Shown here: piece by piece, positions 12,601-21,801 of the stretch | Position numbering within the stretch: the stretch's first letter is position 1 | How the letters are laid out: each line of letters starts with the position of its first letter | DNA from: Nemertoderma westbladi | Lineage: Eukaryota > Animalia > Xenacoelomorpha | Direction of reading: 5' to 3' | Assembly (NCBI GenBank): GCA_032718475.1 | Contig: JAUCBJ010000013.1 | Span: 1 to 64,000, forward strand | Length of the DNA stretch: 64,000 nt | Position numbers and translations under genes: made by a program | Notes under the pieces: model-generated | What the model saw: only the letters and a program-made list of their open reading frames with translations | Told to the model about the DNA's origin: nothing | The model's database searches: none

Positions 12601-12692
12601 CAGTAGACAGACCGACTCAACGTCTCGTACTTCTTGAAGAGACTCGTAACGAGTCTGGAGACTACAAATCTCCACCTAATACTAGTAAATAA
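3639..12692 (+). CDS. BEL/Pao gag-pol polyprotein (3017 aa)
   Basis: Coiled-coil N-terminus and DUF1759-like gag. BEL triple Cys/His motif (CQYC..H..C, CWRC..GH...C, CPSC...H..LLH). Protease LDSAS, RT FYVDD, RNase H FSDAS/PRAEL/NPAD. Integrase H-H-C-C, GIDCFGP, SDQGTNF, GGVWER. Confidence 0.97.
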   Translation: MSDKQDYTKNTQTDYDSCDADKSAAEEPQGKTREPTVPTPCASPVHPTGVPDAVVRGDGRTEDFLTVPQPRYRETDLVSSAGSTESVVRSVGGYMAHITRSIGEGQRILDGLTAPMSRFEFYTLQVRVQSKVYKSVDNLVGLQDLARQRQDMDTQLRILEKLMIAREKLIQFKSTIRQIQQEQADQLLGESVSDELLQPEEEQELYRLDGQLKHLTDHLRMCGEDVGDLETVPEYTRETSFAQIESAPGILNQSLVSIRSEICEGSIVTSEVARQQQQFYRQQHEIEEQAQLLMIQTAVEEEKIRVANVARISHLQEQAELEAAEMERLELDIAQQAAAAELAQRTATAELERQTAAAAAAAELERQTAAAELAQRTATAELERQTAAAELERQTAAAELERQRLVSEARVEMKTRQIKAQQAIRQAEFEAQQQQTEQREKEVKLRFELEKRARELAETKENLDLLARDRSMRSRDGHDLDQLEVRHRQIQERKKEGSIGAPRRERQLVKDVCQRFPQVTHMFAPVTTKEPVSIAGSSDISPIHGVTEHRFVIPDEFIPPRATSSPIPKVKVSNPPITDRSSLLVGPALLTTKQVSPPLTPKPVTHYAYPMTFRPTRPLDSNAVVRPPFNQFTSQSTTSRKTCEPTEQRRTVETRPFNQFTSQSTTSRKTCEPTEQRRTVETRPFNQFTSQSTTSRKTCEPTEQRRTVETRPFNQFTSQSTTSRKTCEPTEQRRTVETRPFNQFTSQSTTSRKTCEPTEQRRTVETRPFNQFTSQSTTSRKTCEPTEQRRSVDDVPKRAVRIRTTQRTRARRPPYPDDSSTSSESDYPKREVFRTGAADEYKRERSDNSFADNPPQNTPTQKALQPTDAISTQQFADILRPVVNKLAQIEERLEEVQTDSSRNTEFEHNRHPKAPQRPVPSNPTSYQGKAPRRENINQVTNQGRETLNVAEEIAKFAARQGLPVQQPPKFSGSSKHWHTFVDYIESQIAVCAFTSREKFNYLLQTLSGEPKRLAETFVGVPDAFELAYDRLTSIYGGTVSMARSVIEELCKGGAITKPVDLLKLADEIKNAITTLRSIGQLDYGNTPTVLLKIIGRLHHRLRREWRKVEYQREERGGFLKLEDVYLLISREAVVETRSNYTDQHIVAEGITLPSSNRQKPQTTSTKTATYATPTESRQFSDGNRVSAPIGTKQTRQQLSADFNGCQYCEHLGKRYIGHKLRGCRQFRELNSEERRLQIRPLDSCWRCTRHGHVRKDCPNTDTCPSCGRNHDGLLHTDSHTPTKRFAREHPEAAARCDAAYQKRESKTTPTFVTHIEDCFSEQSGLSDEESEDDEYSNGDEQPSIALLTTDQLKGFSVIPIKVTGTKGSKRIYAILDSASSHSYVDEKIADVVTDLRQGKHVSYTVSSMHGQRAIPVTRVKLDLDSLLPKSQHSERERSLLPFRDLTFAATKDFSNLLGPVPEQSLEDRKYFRHLGVPECPVNYRSVAMLIGTDQFNLHQVWETRPSAVVAGNAYACRTPIGWYTRAPVRTLDVSDEEDDVQSTCSLLTTNSIHSFSHDVNHTTLQSTKHHRRVTSMISHKEQLTHKVSLELGEKTNQLEIPSTTDDRLASLPTPITSTVPIDIDDDALKIHQLEQAALDKELTEKTIRWLEQDTAEPGSYDPCMSEQEKQSLKIMEDTIRQTEDGHYEVGMLWRSQSPKLINNYPLALRRLHSIRQRLLKDEKAHLQYNTQMKTYLTKGYAIRMTNPERVTDQTYYLPHHYVRHPDKPDKVRVVNDCAALFEGMSLNSELMDGPNMNNYLMGVIMRFRQRQVAFTCDVEAMFHQVKALERDRDSLRFLWYPEGDLSLPPATYQMQVRVFGARDSPNCTMYALKQAARDQKHLYDPEIIRIVERDFYVDDGLQSCDTVERATTVAHQLRDCLAGGGFNLTKFASNSAELVDSFGTTERGGGDIDLEFEPLPTTKVLGLFWDPNTDNFRVKVRLDSQGNTLTKRSCLSKLSRLFDPLGFISPVILQARIYMRSIWKDGLTWDEPISSDQVDLWKTWEAELSSLEDYFIPRVYFPLQSTFPDNLELHCFSDASDNGFGVAAYLRRQVESDEFDVSLITSKAKTMPTKYMTTPRAELQAATLSTTIVNLIQTELQSSLQIFYWTDATLVLFYINNDTLEFKTFVANRRAEILDRSIKEDWRHCPGPQNPADIASRGMMPEEFCKPENKEFWQHGPQFLQKSTQDWPPLYDNKSNTIPKDAEIKKPKKGKTKKKTTATKLKKKPKAKWKDITSKVKRGRLASLSTPDISPDGQPDTLLDSQPDILPDISQNVPPDVSNALTNSKAAVSLLERPSIDKQPDTLPDVSPDTLLDSRLDTSNVLTNNKAAVSLLERPCIDKLPILTHLSNHKHGETSCITDVGSTYANVNTGVTLRSRDIPNLQPTLRPGINVGRKISLPKPADPIEFKPPLTIDLQSTDDQGKKTKKDKLLVDPDGSTVNKGILTGGPVGPSSNSKPSKISIDLPDDVTNTHVDRIVNLTDSWSSACRKLAWIVRFVQYVKGKRDFTRRLTLTEIDRCEIKLIHHYQLRYFAREFTSINQGQPIKSSPILSWSPIIYNGLICHKSRLQNIDFNTNFRYPIIIPQHHELQRAMILDAHLHLKHAGRHHCLSYLRTRFVLIRPSKALSSVTRTCIICKKVHSRIGTQEMSELPQARLQAFRPPFTETGIDCFGPIHTKRGRILVKRWGLIFTCMSSRAVHIERVMDLSTNAFILALRRFIARRGLVKCLYSDQGTNFVGARNEIARAFKKLDHDQISNELQPHKIVWKFNPPDSPWRGGVWERLIRSIKTAMAKVIPVNHILTDDQLTTLFVEIEAILNTRPIVLVPDDKQSQFALTPAHLLMQAPTTLTPISIPIESDSYGRKAWKITQLLANKFWEIWQNHYLPSISARTNWYNNTRALKPGDHVLLAEVNLKRRFWITGVILATHPSMDGVTRTVTVRTIDGRTVDRPTQRLVLLEETRNESGDYKSPPNTSK
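4645..4850 (+). repeat. In-frame 27-bp-type repeats (AAAELERQT) in gag
   Basis: Repeated GAGTTAGMGCRACRAACGGC units encoding an Ala/Glu helix. Confidence 0.85.
5517..6020 (+). repeat. 84-bp tandem repeat x6 in gag (28-aa unit)
   Basis: GGAAGACTTGTGAGCCT recurs at 5557, 5641, 5725, 5809, 5893 and 5977. Protein unit RPFNQFTSQSTTSRKTCEPTEQRRTVET. Confidence 0.95.
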
Positions 12693-13582
12693 TTAGGAGT
12701 TTACAAATAGATTTCCACGTACCTGTACACCGTAGTAAGGACAGCGGTAGAATTCCATTGTCTTTATATGTGAACATTGAGGGTAGTACCCTTATGTGTC
12801 ACATAGGAGCGGGATTCGTAGGTATAAGAAATGGAATTCTACTTGGAACTCACAATATTGAGACATTTTCGAAATTTTAGACAATCCATTTGGATTTGAA
12901 AAATTTTTAAAATTTTCTCCAGTAAATAGATTTCAGGGTACAGTCGGGTGGAACTTAAAATTAGAGAAACAAGAGAGGAAGACTTGCGAGCCTTTCTTAA
13001 AATTTTTAATTAAATTTTACACGGTCTTGTTTCAATAAGTTACGTCAATAAATAGACTCCCCTATATTTATTACTAATTCTTGATTGCTTATTTTCTGAT
13101 AATAGTTTGGGATCAAAAAGTGAGTATTTTAGACTCACAGCCAGTTTAGCCCAAATTCGTTTTATTTCGGCAAAAAATTTTAGATAAGAAGCAGCGTGTC
13201 ATTAAAGAAACCTTAGACCTTAGGCTATGGGTAGGAGGTTAGAGCGTTGTCGAGCCCAAAGGGCAGACGAAACTCTCACGTCTCCTCACAACTAACCACA
13301 AACTCTGTTGTATTCCCTCTAGTAGTAATGATTATGTAACTACACCCTAATTATGGAGAAAGGGATACAAGGAGAGCCGAGATGGGGATATGATATCCAA
13401 GAGGAGGCAGCAGCGCCATTCGAAAGATTTGGAGCCAAGGATTATACTATATTCGGTATAAAGGAATTATCAGAAAGTACAGCGAAGCTCGCAAAGACAG
13501 CAATGCCTTTACTCGAGCAGGATTTAGTATATTTCGAGACGTGTATCTTCGCTGTGCGGGATCTCTTATCGAAAGACCATCT

Positions 13583-15055
13583 ATGTTTACATTGTTACCC
13601 TATGAAGGAGAACGTATCGTGGAGATTATGGATGAATCACGGCAGACGCGCGCGCCTATCGGTCACCTTGGTGATGAATTCGAAGTAACTACTACGATCG
13701 CCGACGATCCTTTAGAGGAACTTCTTGAGATAGAAAGGAACCTCCCGAAGAAATCTCAGACGGAGATTCGACAACTTGAAGCAACAGATGCTATAGTTTG
13801 CATACAACCTTCAGAAACCTACCAACCCATAGACCCAGATGATTACGATTATAGTATGGGAGGAAGCGCTCGACCGATTGGAGATCTTATATACGAACGA
13901 GTGTGGTACCCTGCTAATACGATGTGTAGTAAATGTGGCGTCGCTGGACATCATATGGCAAAGTGCAGTGGAAAACACATTACTACGACTCAGCTAATCT
14001 GTGGATGGTGTGGGGATCAAGGGTCTCATACCTTTTATACTTGCTGGAGATTTATGGCTCAATGTACTTACTGCAATATAAAGGGACATCGAGCATCTGA
14101 ATGCCAACTGAGAGACATACCTTATGAACACGAATCTGTAAAACTCGTGAGGAAGTTATTTGATGAGTGGGAAGATTTGGCCGACGAACATGTATCGGCA
14201 CAAAGAAGACGGTTTCCGATGAGAGCGCATCTCGGATTTTGGGCGGTAAATCCTCAAACGATGATGTCGGAAGGATATATCTCCGCTATGCCCCAGTATG
14301 ACGAACTTATCGAGGTTGTCGATATTTTGCCCCACGACAGCGGATTTCGAGTGGTGCGCGAGTATCTGTTACAGATTCACCCAGATAACAAAAACACGTG
14401 GAATTTTCAGAAAGTCGTAAATCGTATCACGTATGGTGAATTTGATCGTTTCCGAACCGAAAAGCGGAATAAAGGAGCTTGGTTAACCGTCGCATGGGCG
14501 TACCGAGCCGCGTTTTACCATAAACGTATACGAGCGAGCGTATTCGAGGAAGAGGAGGTCCTAGAGGCGACGAATATATCAGCCACTCCGGTTGCGCCGT
14601 CTGCACGTCACCCTCGGGAGGACGGGCAGGGTAGGATCATACGGGTCCAGAAAGTGGGCCAACAATTGAAGAAAATTATTAATGTGGAAGAACGCAAGGG
14701 AGTTGAGCCGACTATTCGAGTTACTCGGGATACGGTATCACTTCCAAGAGAACCGGTAGGAGGATCGGGACATACACCAGCTGATCAACAGGGGGCGCAA
14801 GCTACTCTTGGGTCTGCGTCGTCCGCCTTTCGCGAGTTCCCAGACGTTCTACCAACTGTAGCGACAACTGATCGGTCACGAGGAATTGGTCGAGGTTTTG
14901 GGATGCCAAATAGACGAATTTGCGAGGAAATAGTTGCACCGTCTCTCAACGTCCCAAGTAAACCAGTGACTCGCCCCATTAGTCCCATATCGCGAGCAAA
15001 GTCACCTGTGCGCAGTTTTCGAGGACGCGGCAGGGCTCGATCTACTAAGCGATAA
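13583..15055 (+). CDS. Accessory ORF2 of the BEL element, with three tandem CCHC-type zinc knuckles
   Basis: Frame open from 13394; first ATG at 13583. Knuckles CSKCGVAGHHMAKC, CGWCGDQGSHTFYTC, CTYCNIKGHRASEC and a basic RG-rich tail. No signal peptide or TM seen. True start uncertain. Confidence 0.8.
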   Translation: MFTLLPYEGERIVEIMDESRQTRAPIGHLGDEFEVTTTIADDPLEELLEIERNLPKKSQTEIRQLEATDAIVCIQPSETYQPIDPDDYDYSMGGSARPIGDLIYERVWYPANTMCSKCGVAGHHMAKCSGKHITTTQLICGWCGDQGSHTFYTCWRFMAQCTYCNIKGHRASECQLRDIPYEHESVKLVRKLFDEWEDLADEHVSAQRRRFPMRAHLGFWAVNPQTMMSEGYISAMPQYDELIEVVDILPHDSGFRVVREYLLQIHPDNKNTWNFQKVVNRITYGEFDRFRTEKRNKGAWLTVAWAYRAAFYHKRIRASVFEEEEVLEATNISATPVAPSARHPREDGQGRIIRVQKVGQQLKKIINVEERKGVEPTIRVTRDTVSLPREPVGGSGHTPADQQGAQATLGSASSAFREFPDVLPTVATTDRSRGIGRGFGMPNRRICEEIVAPSLNVPSKPVTRPISPISRAKSPVRSFRGRGRARSTKR

Positions 15056-15099
15056 AAGGGAGGGCAAGGGTGGACGGAAGACTCGTGGGCCTTTCTTAT

Positions 15100-15900
15100 G
15101 ATTTGTGATTTATTTTGAATTATATGTTTTATATTTAGAAAATTTAGTAAACTTATATTTTATATTTGTGTTTATTCCAAACTTATGCAATTTGTATTGT
15201 TCCGAATTTATGAAATTTAGAAAGTTTAGAAGGAACTTATATTTGAAAGATTTATGTTTCATATTTGAGATGCAAAGGTTTATATTATTCTAAACTTATG
15301 CAGTTTATATTTATATTTAAGTAAAGACTTATATTTAGTAAGATTTATATTTAGTAAGAATTTATATTTTATATTTACGTGATTATTTCGAACTTATGCA
15401 ATTTATATTATTCTGAACTTATGCAATTTATATTGTTCCGAATATTATGCAATTTATATCTTATAAGCAGTATTTGTATTTACAGTGAAATAGAAAGTTT
15501 TATAGATAGAAAATTTGTGCTCAGAAAGACTCATATTTGTAATTATTCCAAACTTATGCAATCTACATTTAGGTACGAAAGTATTTGTAATTACTTGAAT
15601 TTATGCAATATTTGGGATGCAATAGTAGATGGAAGACTTGCGAGCCTTTCTTATTGTTTTCATTTATTTGTATTTGTAATTGTTTGAATTTATGCAATAT
15701 TTGAGATGCAATAGATTTATATTGGTGAATTTAATTTAGATTTATATTGTACTTACTTAGTAAAGCCTTAAATACGTAAAGTTTGAATTTGTAATTATTT
15801 TGTATCGAATCATTACGTAAAAGGGAAGTATTGTTTGAAACTTAATTGTAAATATGTAAGTACGCCCTAAGTATTTTATAGTTTGATTGATTATTGGTGA
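15100..15900 (+). repeat. AT-rich degenerate repeats in 3' UTR (AAYTTATGCAAT motif)
   Basis: Motif aa(c/t)ttatgca(a/g)t recurs about 8 times between 15180 and 15700. Confidence 0.65.
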
Positions 15901-16088
15901 AAACCGTATATTTTATGCACGATAATATCCTGTTTTCATGGAGCGGTATAGAATTATATTCCCTAAATGCCGTGGATTTTAAAAAATTTTATTTTATTCG
16001 AATTAACTTTGTAAAGATTGCTTTGAGTTCTCATTAGTATTGGTTCTATCTATTATGCATCTATCGGTCAAGTGGTTCAGTAGCTCAG

Positions 16089-18026
16089 GCAGAATACCTA
16101 AGGACTGTGGTAAATCTAAGGTTGAGAGTAGGCTGGAGCTAAGGTCGCGAGTAGCGTGGAGGTGAGGAAGGGAGTAGCTTGCTTAGGTGAATGGTAGGAA
16201 AAACCCGGCTTTCTATTGGCTGCTATAAATAGCTTACATAGTTTAAACTATATAGTAGTTCCCCTGGTTGAGGAGATGGGAAATCATGTACTGGAATAGG
16301 CTGCTAGGTTAACCCAACAAAACAACTAAACTTTTAATTAATTATTGATTACAGGCAAGGATTAGTAAGGAATTTTTAAATTTCATTAAAGGTTTACGTT
16401 TAATTAAACGAGTAGTATCAGTTAATCGTGTTATATTGACAAATAAATTATCATATTACAAATATATTATCTAGTTTTCTAGACTTATGAGTAAATAATA
16501 AACTTTCAATAATGTGTCATGAGTTCAAAGGCATCCACGAGTACAGTGTTTGGATACGGGAATTAGCAAAGGAGACCTGCCATTTAGCGGAGAAGGGGGG
16601 GGGGGGGGGTCATTTTTGGGGGTTTTAGAGCATGTAGTTGTAGGCCTAGGTTTTTGTACTACATGGTGTTGATCGTGTGGGTAGACCACCGAACAGTTGC
16701 GAATTTTAGACTAAAGAAGACAATTGTTTAAAATTTATTGTTTATTTTTGGAAATCCGATACTCACATTGCACATATAGAGTAAGATATACAGTATATTG
16801 TATAATTGCAATATTACAAGTTAAGTTACAATAATACTTTGGGCAATGGCGTGGCTAGTATTATAGCCCAATGTATTGTCTGGGAGTGCCGGGCAGGTAG
16901 GGGTGGTGTGCAGTGCTTGCAAAAAAAAAGGGGGGGGGGGATATTACTATTATGTGAATTGTGAGGTGTGAGATTGTTACTGTTGTTGTTGATAGGGAAA
17001 TAATTAATTATCCTAAGTTAATCTCCAGCGCAATCAATTGTTTCACTGGAGTTCCGATGCTGATCCAGGTATATAAAACTAAACTAATGAGTCGAGATAG
17101 GAAATACATAAAATATAAAATATTGGATGGAAAAGGTTATGGAAAATTGGTAAGATCTATGTTTTATTGATTGTTTACAGTGTACTTTAATTTAATATTT
17201 TAGAAGGTGACCTATTTCGAAAAGGGTACTGTATTTTCGATTTTTTATGTTTTACGTCAGTAGAGGAATCAGAGTTCCATATCGTTGGCCCTGAAAAATA
17301 ATTATTAGTGTTTGGAAATTATTGGAAAACTAATGGATCTTTGAGATGAGCAATGCGCATATCCTTGCCTTAAGGGCTGTTTACGCGTGGCAACTTTCTC
17401 GGCAACTTTTAGAGCAAACCAGGTTGCCGATCAAGTTGCTAAGTGTAAACACGTAAGTTGCTGAAAAAAATTGCCGTAAAATTTGCTCAACTTTTACGGC
17501 AACTTGAAGGAATTTGCGTTGGGGAATTAAAGCGGGATAATCAGATGTAATTATCAAAAACTAGCTAGTAGATAAAATGACCCACTATTTTACAGTTCCG
17601 GCCAAGTTGCTGGTAAAGTTGCCACGTGTAAACAGCGATTAAATTAAGTTGCTCCAAAAAAAGTTGCTAGTTTGCCGAGAAAGTTGATCTAAAAGTTTCC
17701 ACGTGTAAACAGACCTTTAGGGGTAGAATAGCTTACGTTGATAGTTAGACGTAAAGGATAATATATTATCTGTTGAATAAGTTAAATTTGTATAAGTTAC
17801 TGTATAATGTACAATGCTCTATATGTATATTACAATTTCTCATACTGTATAATATTAATATTGATATTTCAATATTTACAAAGTATAATAATTCTAATAA
17901 AAATATGTATGGTAGAAAAATACATTATTGCGTTTTTCCTTTCTCTCTGCGTTTTTCCTCCCTCTCTGGTCATTTTTCCGCGTAATTCTTTTCCCCCCTT
18001 GTTTACAGTCTGTTTTACCCCAGCCC
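16089..18026. mobile_element. Non-coding 1.94 kb element inserted in the tRNA A box, copy 1 (Dada-like)
   Basis: Flanked by TAGCTCAG (16081-16088, 18027-18034). No long TIR. Imperfect subterminal inverted repeat GGACTGTGGTAAA (16102-16114) / TTTACCCCAGCCC (18014-18026). Family assignment is inference. Confidence 0.75.
17373..17716. mobile_element. PIF/Harbinger (Tourist-like) MITE
   Basis: 25-bp TIR AGGGCTGTTTACGCGTGGCAACTTT with 3 mismatches. TTA TSD. Confidence 0.85.
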
Positions 18027-18034
18027 TAGCTCAG

Positions 18035-19970
18035 GCAGAATACCTAAGGACTGTGGTAAATCTAAGGTTGAGAGTAGGCTGGAGCTAAGGTCGCGAGTAG
18101 CGTGGAGGTGAGGAAGGGAGTAGCTTGCTTAGGTGGATGGTAGGAAAAACCCGGCTTTCTATTGGCTGCTATAAATAGCTTACATAGTTTAAACTATATA
18201 GTAGTTCCCCTGGTTGAGGAGATGGGAAATCATGTACTGGAATAGGCTGCTAGGTTAACCCAACAAAACAACTAAACTTTTAATTAATTATTGATTACAG
18301 GCAAGGATTAGTAAGGAATTTTTAAATTTCATTAAAGGTTTACGTTTAATTAAACGAGTAGTATCAGTTAATCGTGTTATATTGACAAATAAATTATCAT
18401 ATTACAAATATATTATCTAGTTTTCTAGACTTATGAGTAAATAATAAACTTTCAATAATGTGTCATGAGTTCAAAGGCATCCACGAGTACAGTGTTTGGA
18501 TACGGGAATTAGCAAAGGAGACCTGCCATTTAGCGGAGAAGGGGGGGGGGGGGTCATTTTTGGGGGTTTTAGAGCATGTAGTTGTAGGCCTAGGTTTTTG
18601 TACTACATGGTGTTGATCGTGTGGGTAGACCACCGAACAGTTGCGAATTTTAGACTAAAGAAGACAATTGTTTAAAATTTATTGTTTATTTTTGGAAATC
18701 CGATACTCACATTGCACATATAGAGTAAGATATACAGTATATTGTATAATTGCAATATTACAAGTTAAGTTACAATAATACTTTGGGCAATGGCGTGGCT
18801 AGTATTATAGCCCAATGTATTGTCTGGGAGTGCCGGGCAGGTAGGGGTGGTGTGCAGTGCTTGCAAAAAAAAAGGGGGGGGGGGATATTACTATTATGTG
18901 AATTGTGAGGTGTGAGATTGTTACTGTTGTTGTTGATAGGGAAATAATTAATTATCCTAAGTTAATCTCCAGCGCAATCAATTGTTTCACTGGAGTTCCG
19001 ATGCTGATCCAGGTATATAAAACTAAACTAATGAGTCGAGATAGGAAATACATAAAATATAAAATATTGGATGGAAAAGGTTATGGAAAATTGGTAAGAT
19101 CTATGTTTTATTGATTGTTTACAGTGTACTTTAATTTAATATTTTAGAAGGTGACCTATTTCGAAAAGGGTACTGTATTTTCGATTTTTTATGTTTTACG
19201 TCAGTAGAGGAATCAGAGTTCCATATCGTTGGCCCTGAAAAATAATTATTAGTGTTTGGAAATTATTGGAAAACTAATGGATCTTTGAGATGAGCAATGC
19301 GCATATCCTTGCCTTAAGGGCTGTTTACGCGTGGCAACTTTCTCGGCAACTTTTAGAGCAAACCAGGTTGCCGATCAAGTTGCTAAGTGTAAACACGTAA
19401 GTTGCTGAAAAAAATTGCCGTAAAATTTGCTCAACTTTTACGGCAACTTGAAGGAATTTGCGTTGGGGAATTAAAGCGGGATAATCAGATGTAATTATCA
19501 AAAACTAGCTAGTAGATAAAATGACCCACTATTTTACAGTTCCGGCCAAGTTGCTGGTAAAGTTGCCACGTGTAAACAGCGATTAAATTAAGTTGCTCCA
19601 AAAAAAGTTGCTAGTTTGCCGAGAAAGTTGATCTAAAAGTTTCCACGTGTAAACAGACCTTTAGGGGTAGAATAGCTTACGTTGATAGTTAGACGTAAAG
19701 GATAATATATTATCTGTTGAATAAGTTAAATTTGTATAAGTTACTGTATAATGTACAATGCTCTATATGTATATTACAATTTCTCATACTGTATAATATT
19801 AATATTGATATTTCAATATTTACAAAGTATAATAATTCTAATAAAAATATGTATGGTAGAAAAATACATTATTGCGTTTTTCCTTTCTCTCTGCGTTTTT
19901 CCTCCCTCTCTGGTCATTTTTCCGCGTAATTCTTTTCCCCCCTTGTTTACAGTCTGTTTTACCCCAGCCC
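18035..19970. mobile_element. Non-coding 1.94 kb element inserted in the tRNA A box, copy 2
   Basis: Near-identical to copy 1. Flanked by TAGCTCAG (18027-18034, 19971-19978). Confidence 0.75.
19317..19660. mobile_element. PIF/Harbinger MITE (copy inside unit 2)
   Basis: Same TIRs and TTA TSD as 17373-17716. Confidence 0.85.
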
Positions 19971-21801
19971 TAGCTCAGTTGGTAGAGCGTTGGAAATTAT
20001 ATGTGTAGTAGGTATCGAGTTCGAATCCTAGTAAGTGCGAATTATTTTTTGTGCAGAATTTCAACTCATTTAAATTAACCGCTACAAATTAATTGCATTT
20101 ATCTGTACCAATAAGGCTGTAGTTATTTGATTGTAACCAATGTAGTGCAAGTTATATATTAGCTGGACCAATAGCTATCTTTAAAACCTTGTTAGAACCC
20201 ATAGAACAATCGAGAATTTTCTCGATTGATTGCGGCACAAATTTAGTATATAAAGGTGCGATTTGTTCATTAGTTATCACTACTCAATCTACCTAATACA
20301 ATCATTTATTCTGTCGTGCTTAGTTTATTCTCAGATTACATTGTATTATAATTGTATCTTTGTAATAAAAGTCAGAAATACTAGTCACATCTCAGCTTTT
20401 CTATCTGTTTTACTATGGTTTCACTACGGTGAACAAACTCAGGGACAGGATGGCCAGCTAAAGATCGGGCCGCAGCAATGAACGGGAACATCACGGGAAT
20501 GTAGACGAGAGACAACCCGCAATACCATCTAGTGTTATTCGCCCATCGCCTGAAAGGTTAGACAGCGTTCGATCCTTGCTACCTAAGTATAAGACCAAAA
20601 GATCAAAAGGTAGACGTAGTGACACGCTGTAAGCCCAAAATTACATCATAGGGACTGTACTGTCTTGATTCAGGGAAAACCGCAGTAGACCTTCATATTC
20701 CTACGGGGGGGGAGGGAGAGAGAGCAGATACTAGTACGCAGATAGGACGTAGGCACACCGGTACAAGGCATACACATTGGTTAGGGTGCAGCAAACTGTA
20801 CGCTTAACTCTTGCTAAGTACAGGTGTGTGTGCGACTATTTGCCGTACAACGGTGTCCGTTACATCAAAACTTGTAGGCTAGGGGGGTTGCTGTGTTTTC
20901 ACCTGAATGGGGATTGTACCGTTCAGGCGGTAGGGCAGTTTACGCTAGGCGCAAATAAATTGAGGCTATCAGGGATATACTAACATCTACCGTGTCCCCG
21001 CCAACGCCCTAATAGGAAGTTACCCGGACTACCTGGGTGACTAAAATTCTAGATAGGAGCCAGGATAGCTATTAGTACCCGTACGCCTACAGTAGTAAAC
21101 TAACACATCTCTTCTTAGTATCAGGGACCTGGTACCTAAAATTGCCGAATTCTGGGCGTAGTATTAACCTTATGCCTGAATTTGAGTCCTGGAAATACGC
21201 AAGAGGGGAAGGAACCTTATCATTCGTGAGTATTGGACCTACAAGTTACAAAATTAGAATATTCGTAAAATGCACACTGCACCCAGTAATTATATATGTG
21301 AAGGAGCAAAACTGTTTTGACCGTTCAGAATTAACACACGCGCGTTAGAAATTATTTACACCTCGAAATATATAAAATTAACTTTCGTCCTTACTGCACT
21401 TTGCTCGCTAGTTAGACATCTCTAAATCTGCTCTGTACCTAGCTAGCGTCCCTTTGCCCAACCATATAAATCACACCGCGGCAAAGTATACGAGCCCCTT
21501 AGTCCGTCAGTGAGTCAGCCTGATTTTAGGATTCGCTGCGCGGGATTTTGTTTTATCGAAGTTTGTCTGCTCGTAGACTGTTTTCTGCCTCACCGGTTAA
21601 AAGAGATCGATACTGCAATATATTCGCTACTTGGGGTTTACTGTTTTGGTGAGAAGGTCGGATTTATGATTTGATTTACAAACTTTACAGTAGGATATTG
21701 CAGGTATTGTTACCGTCTCTTCCGATAGTAGGAATAGGCGTATCTCTCCAATTTAATATAGAATATAATATATTGTACAATATATATTGTACTATTTATA
21801 G

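Larger units (their letters stand above)
53..21755 (+). mobile_element. Full-length BEL/Pao LTR retrotransposon (recent insertion)
   Basis: Two near-identical ~1.9 kb direct repeats flank an intact gag-pro-RT-RH-IN ORF. 5-bp TSD ATATA at 48-52 and 21756-21760. PPT GGAGCGG at 15940-15946. Confidence 0.95.
15947..21755 (+). repeat. 3' LTR, interrupted by a 3.89 kb insertion
   Basis: 15947-16088 matches 53-193 and 19979-21755 matches 194-1969. Confidence 0.95.

Noticed and set aside
13541-15055. env gene
   Set aside because: No signal peptide or transmembrane anchor.
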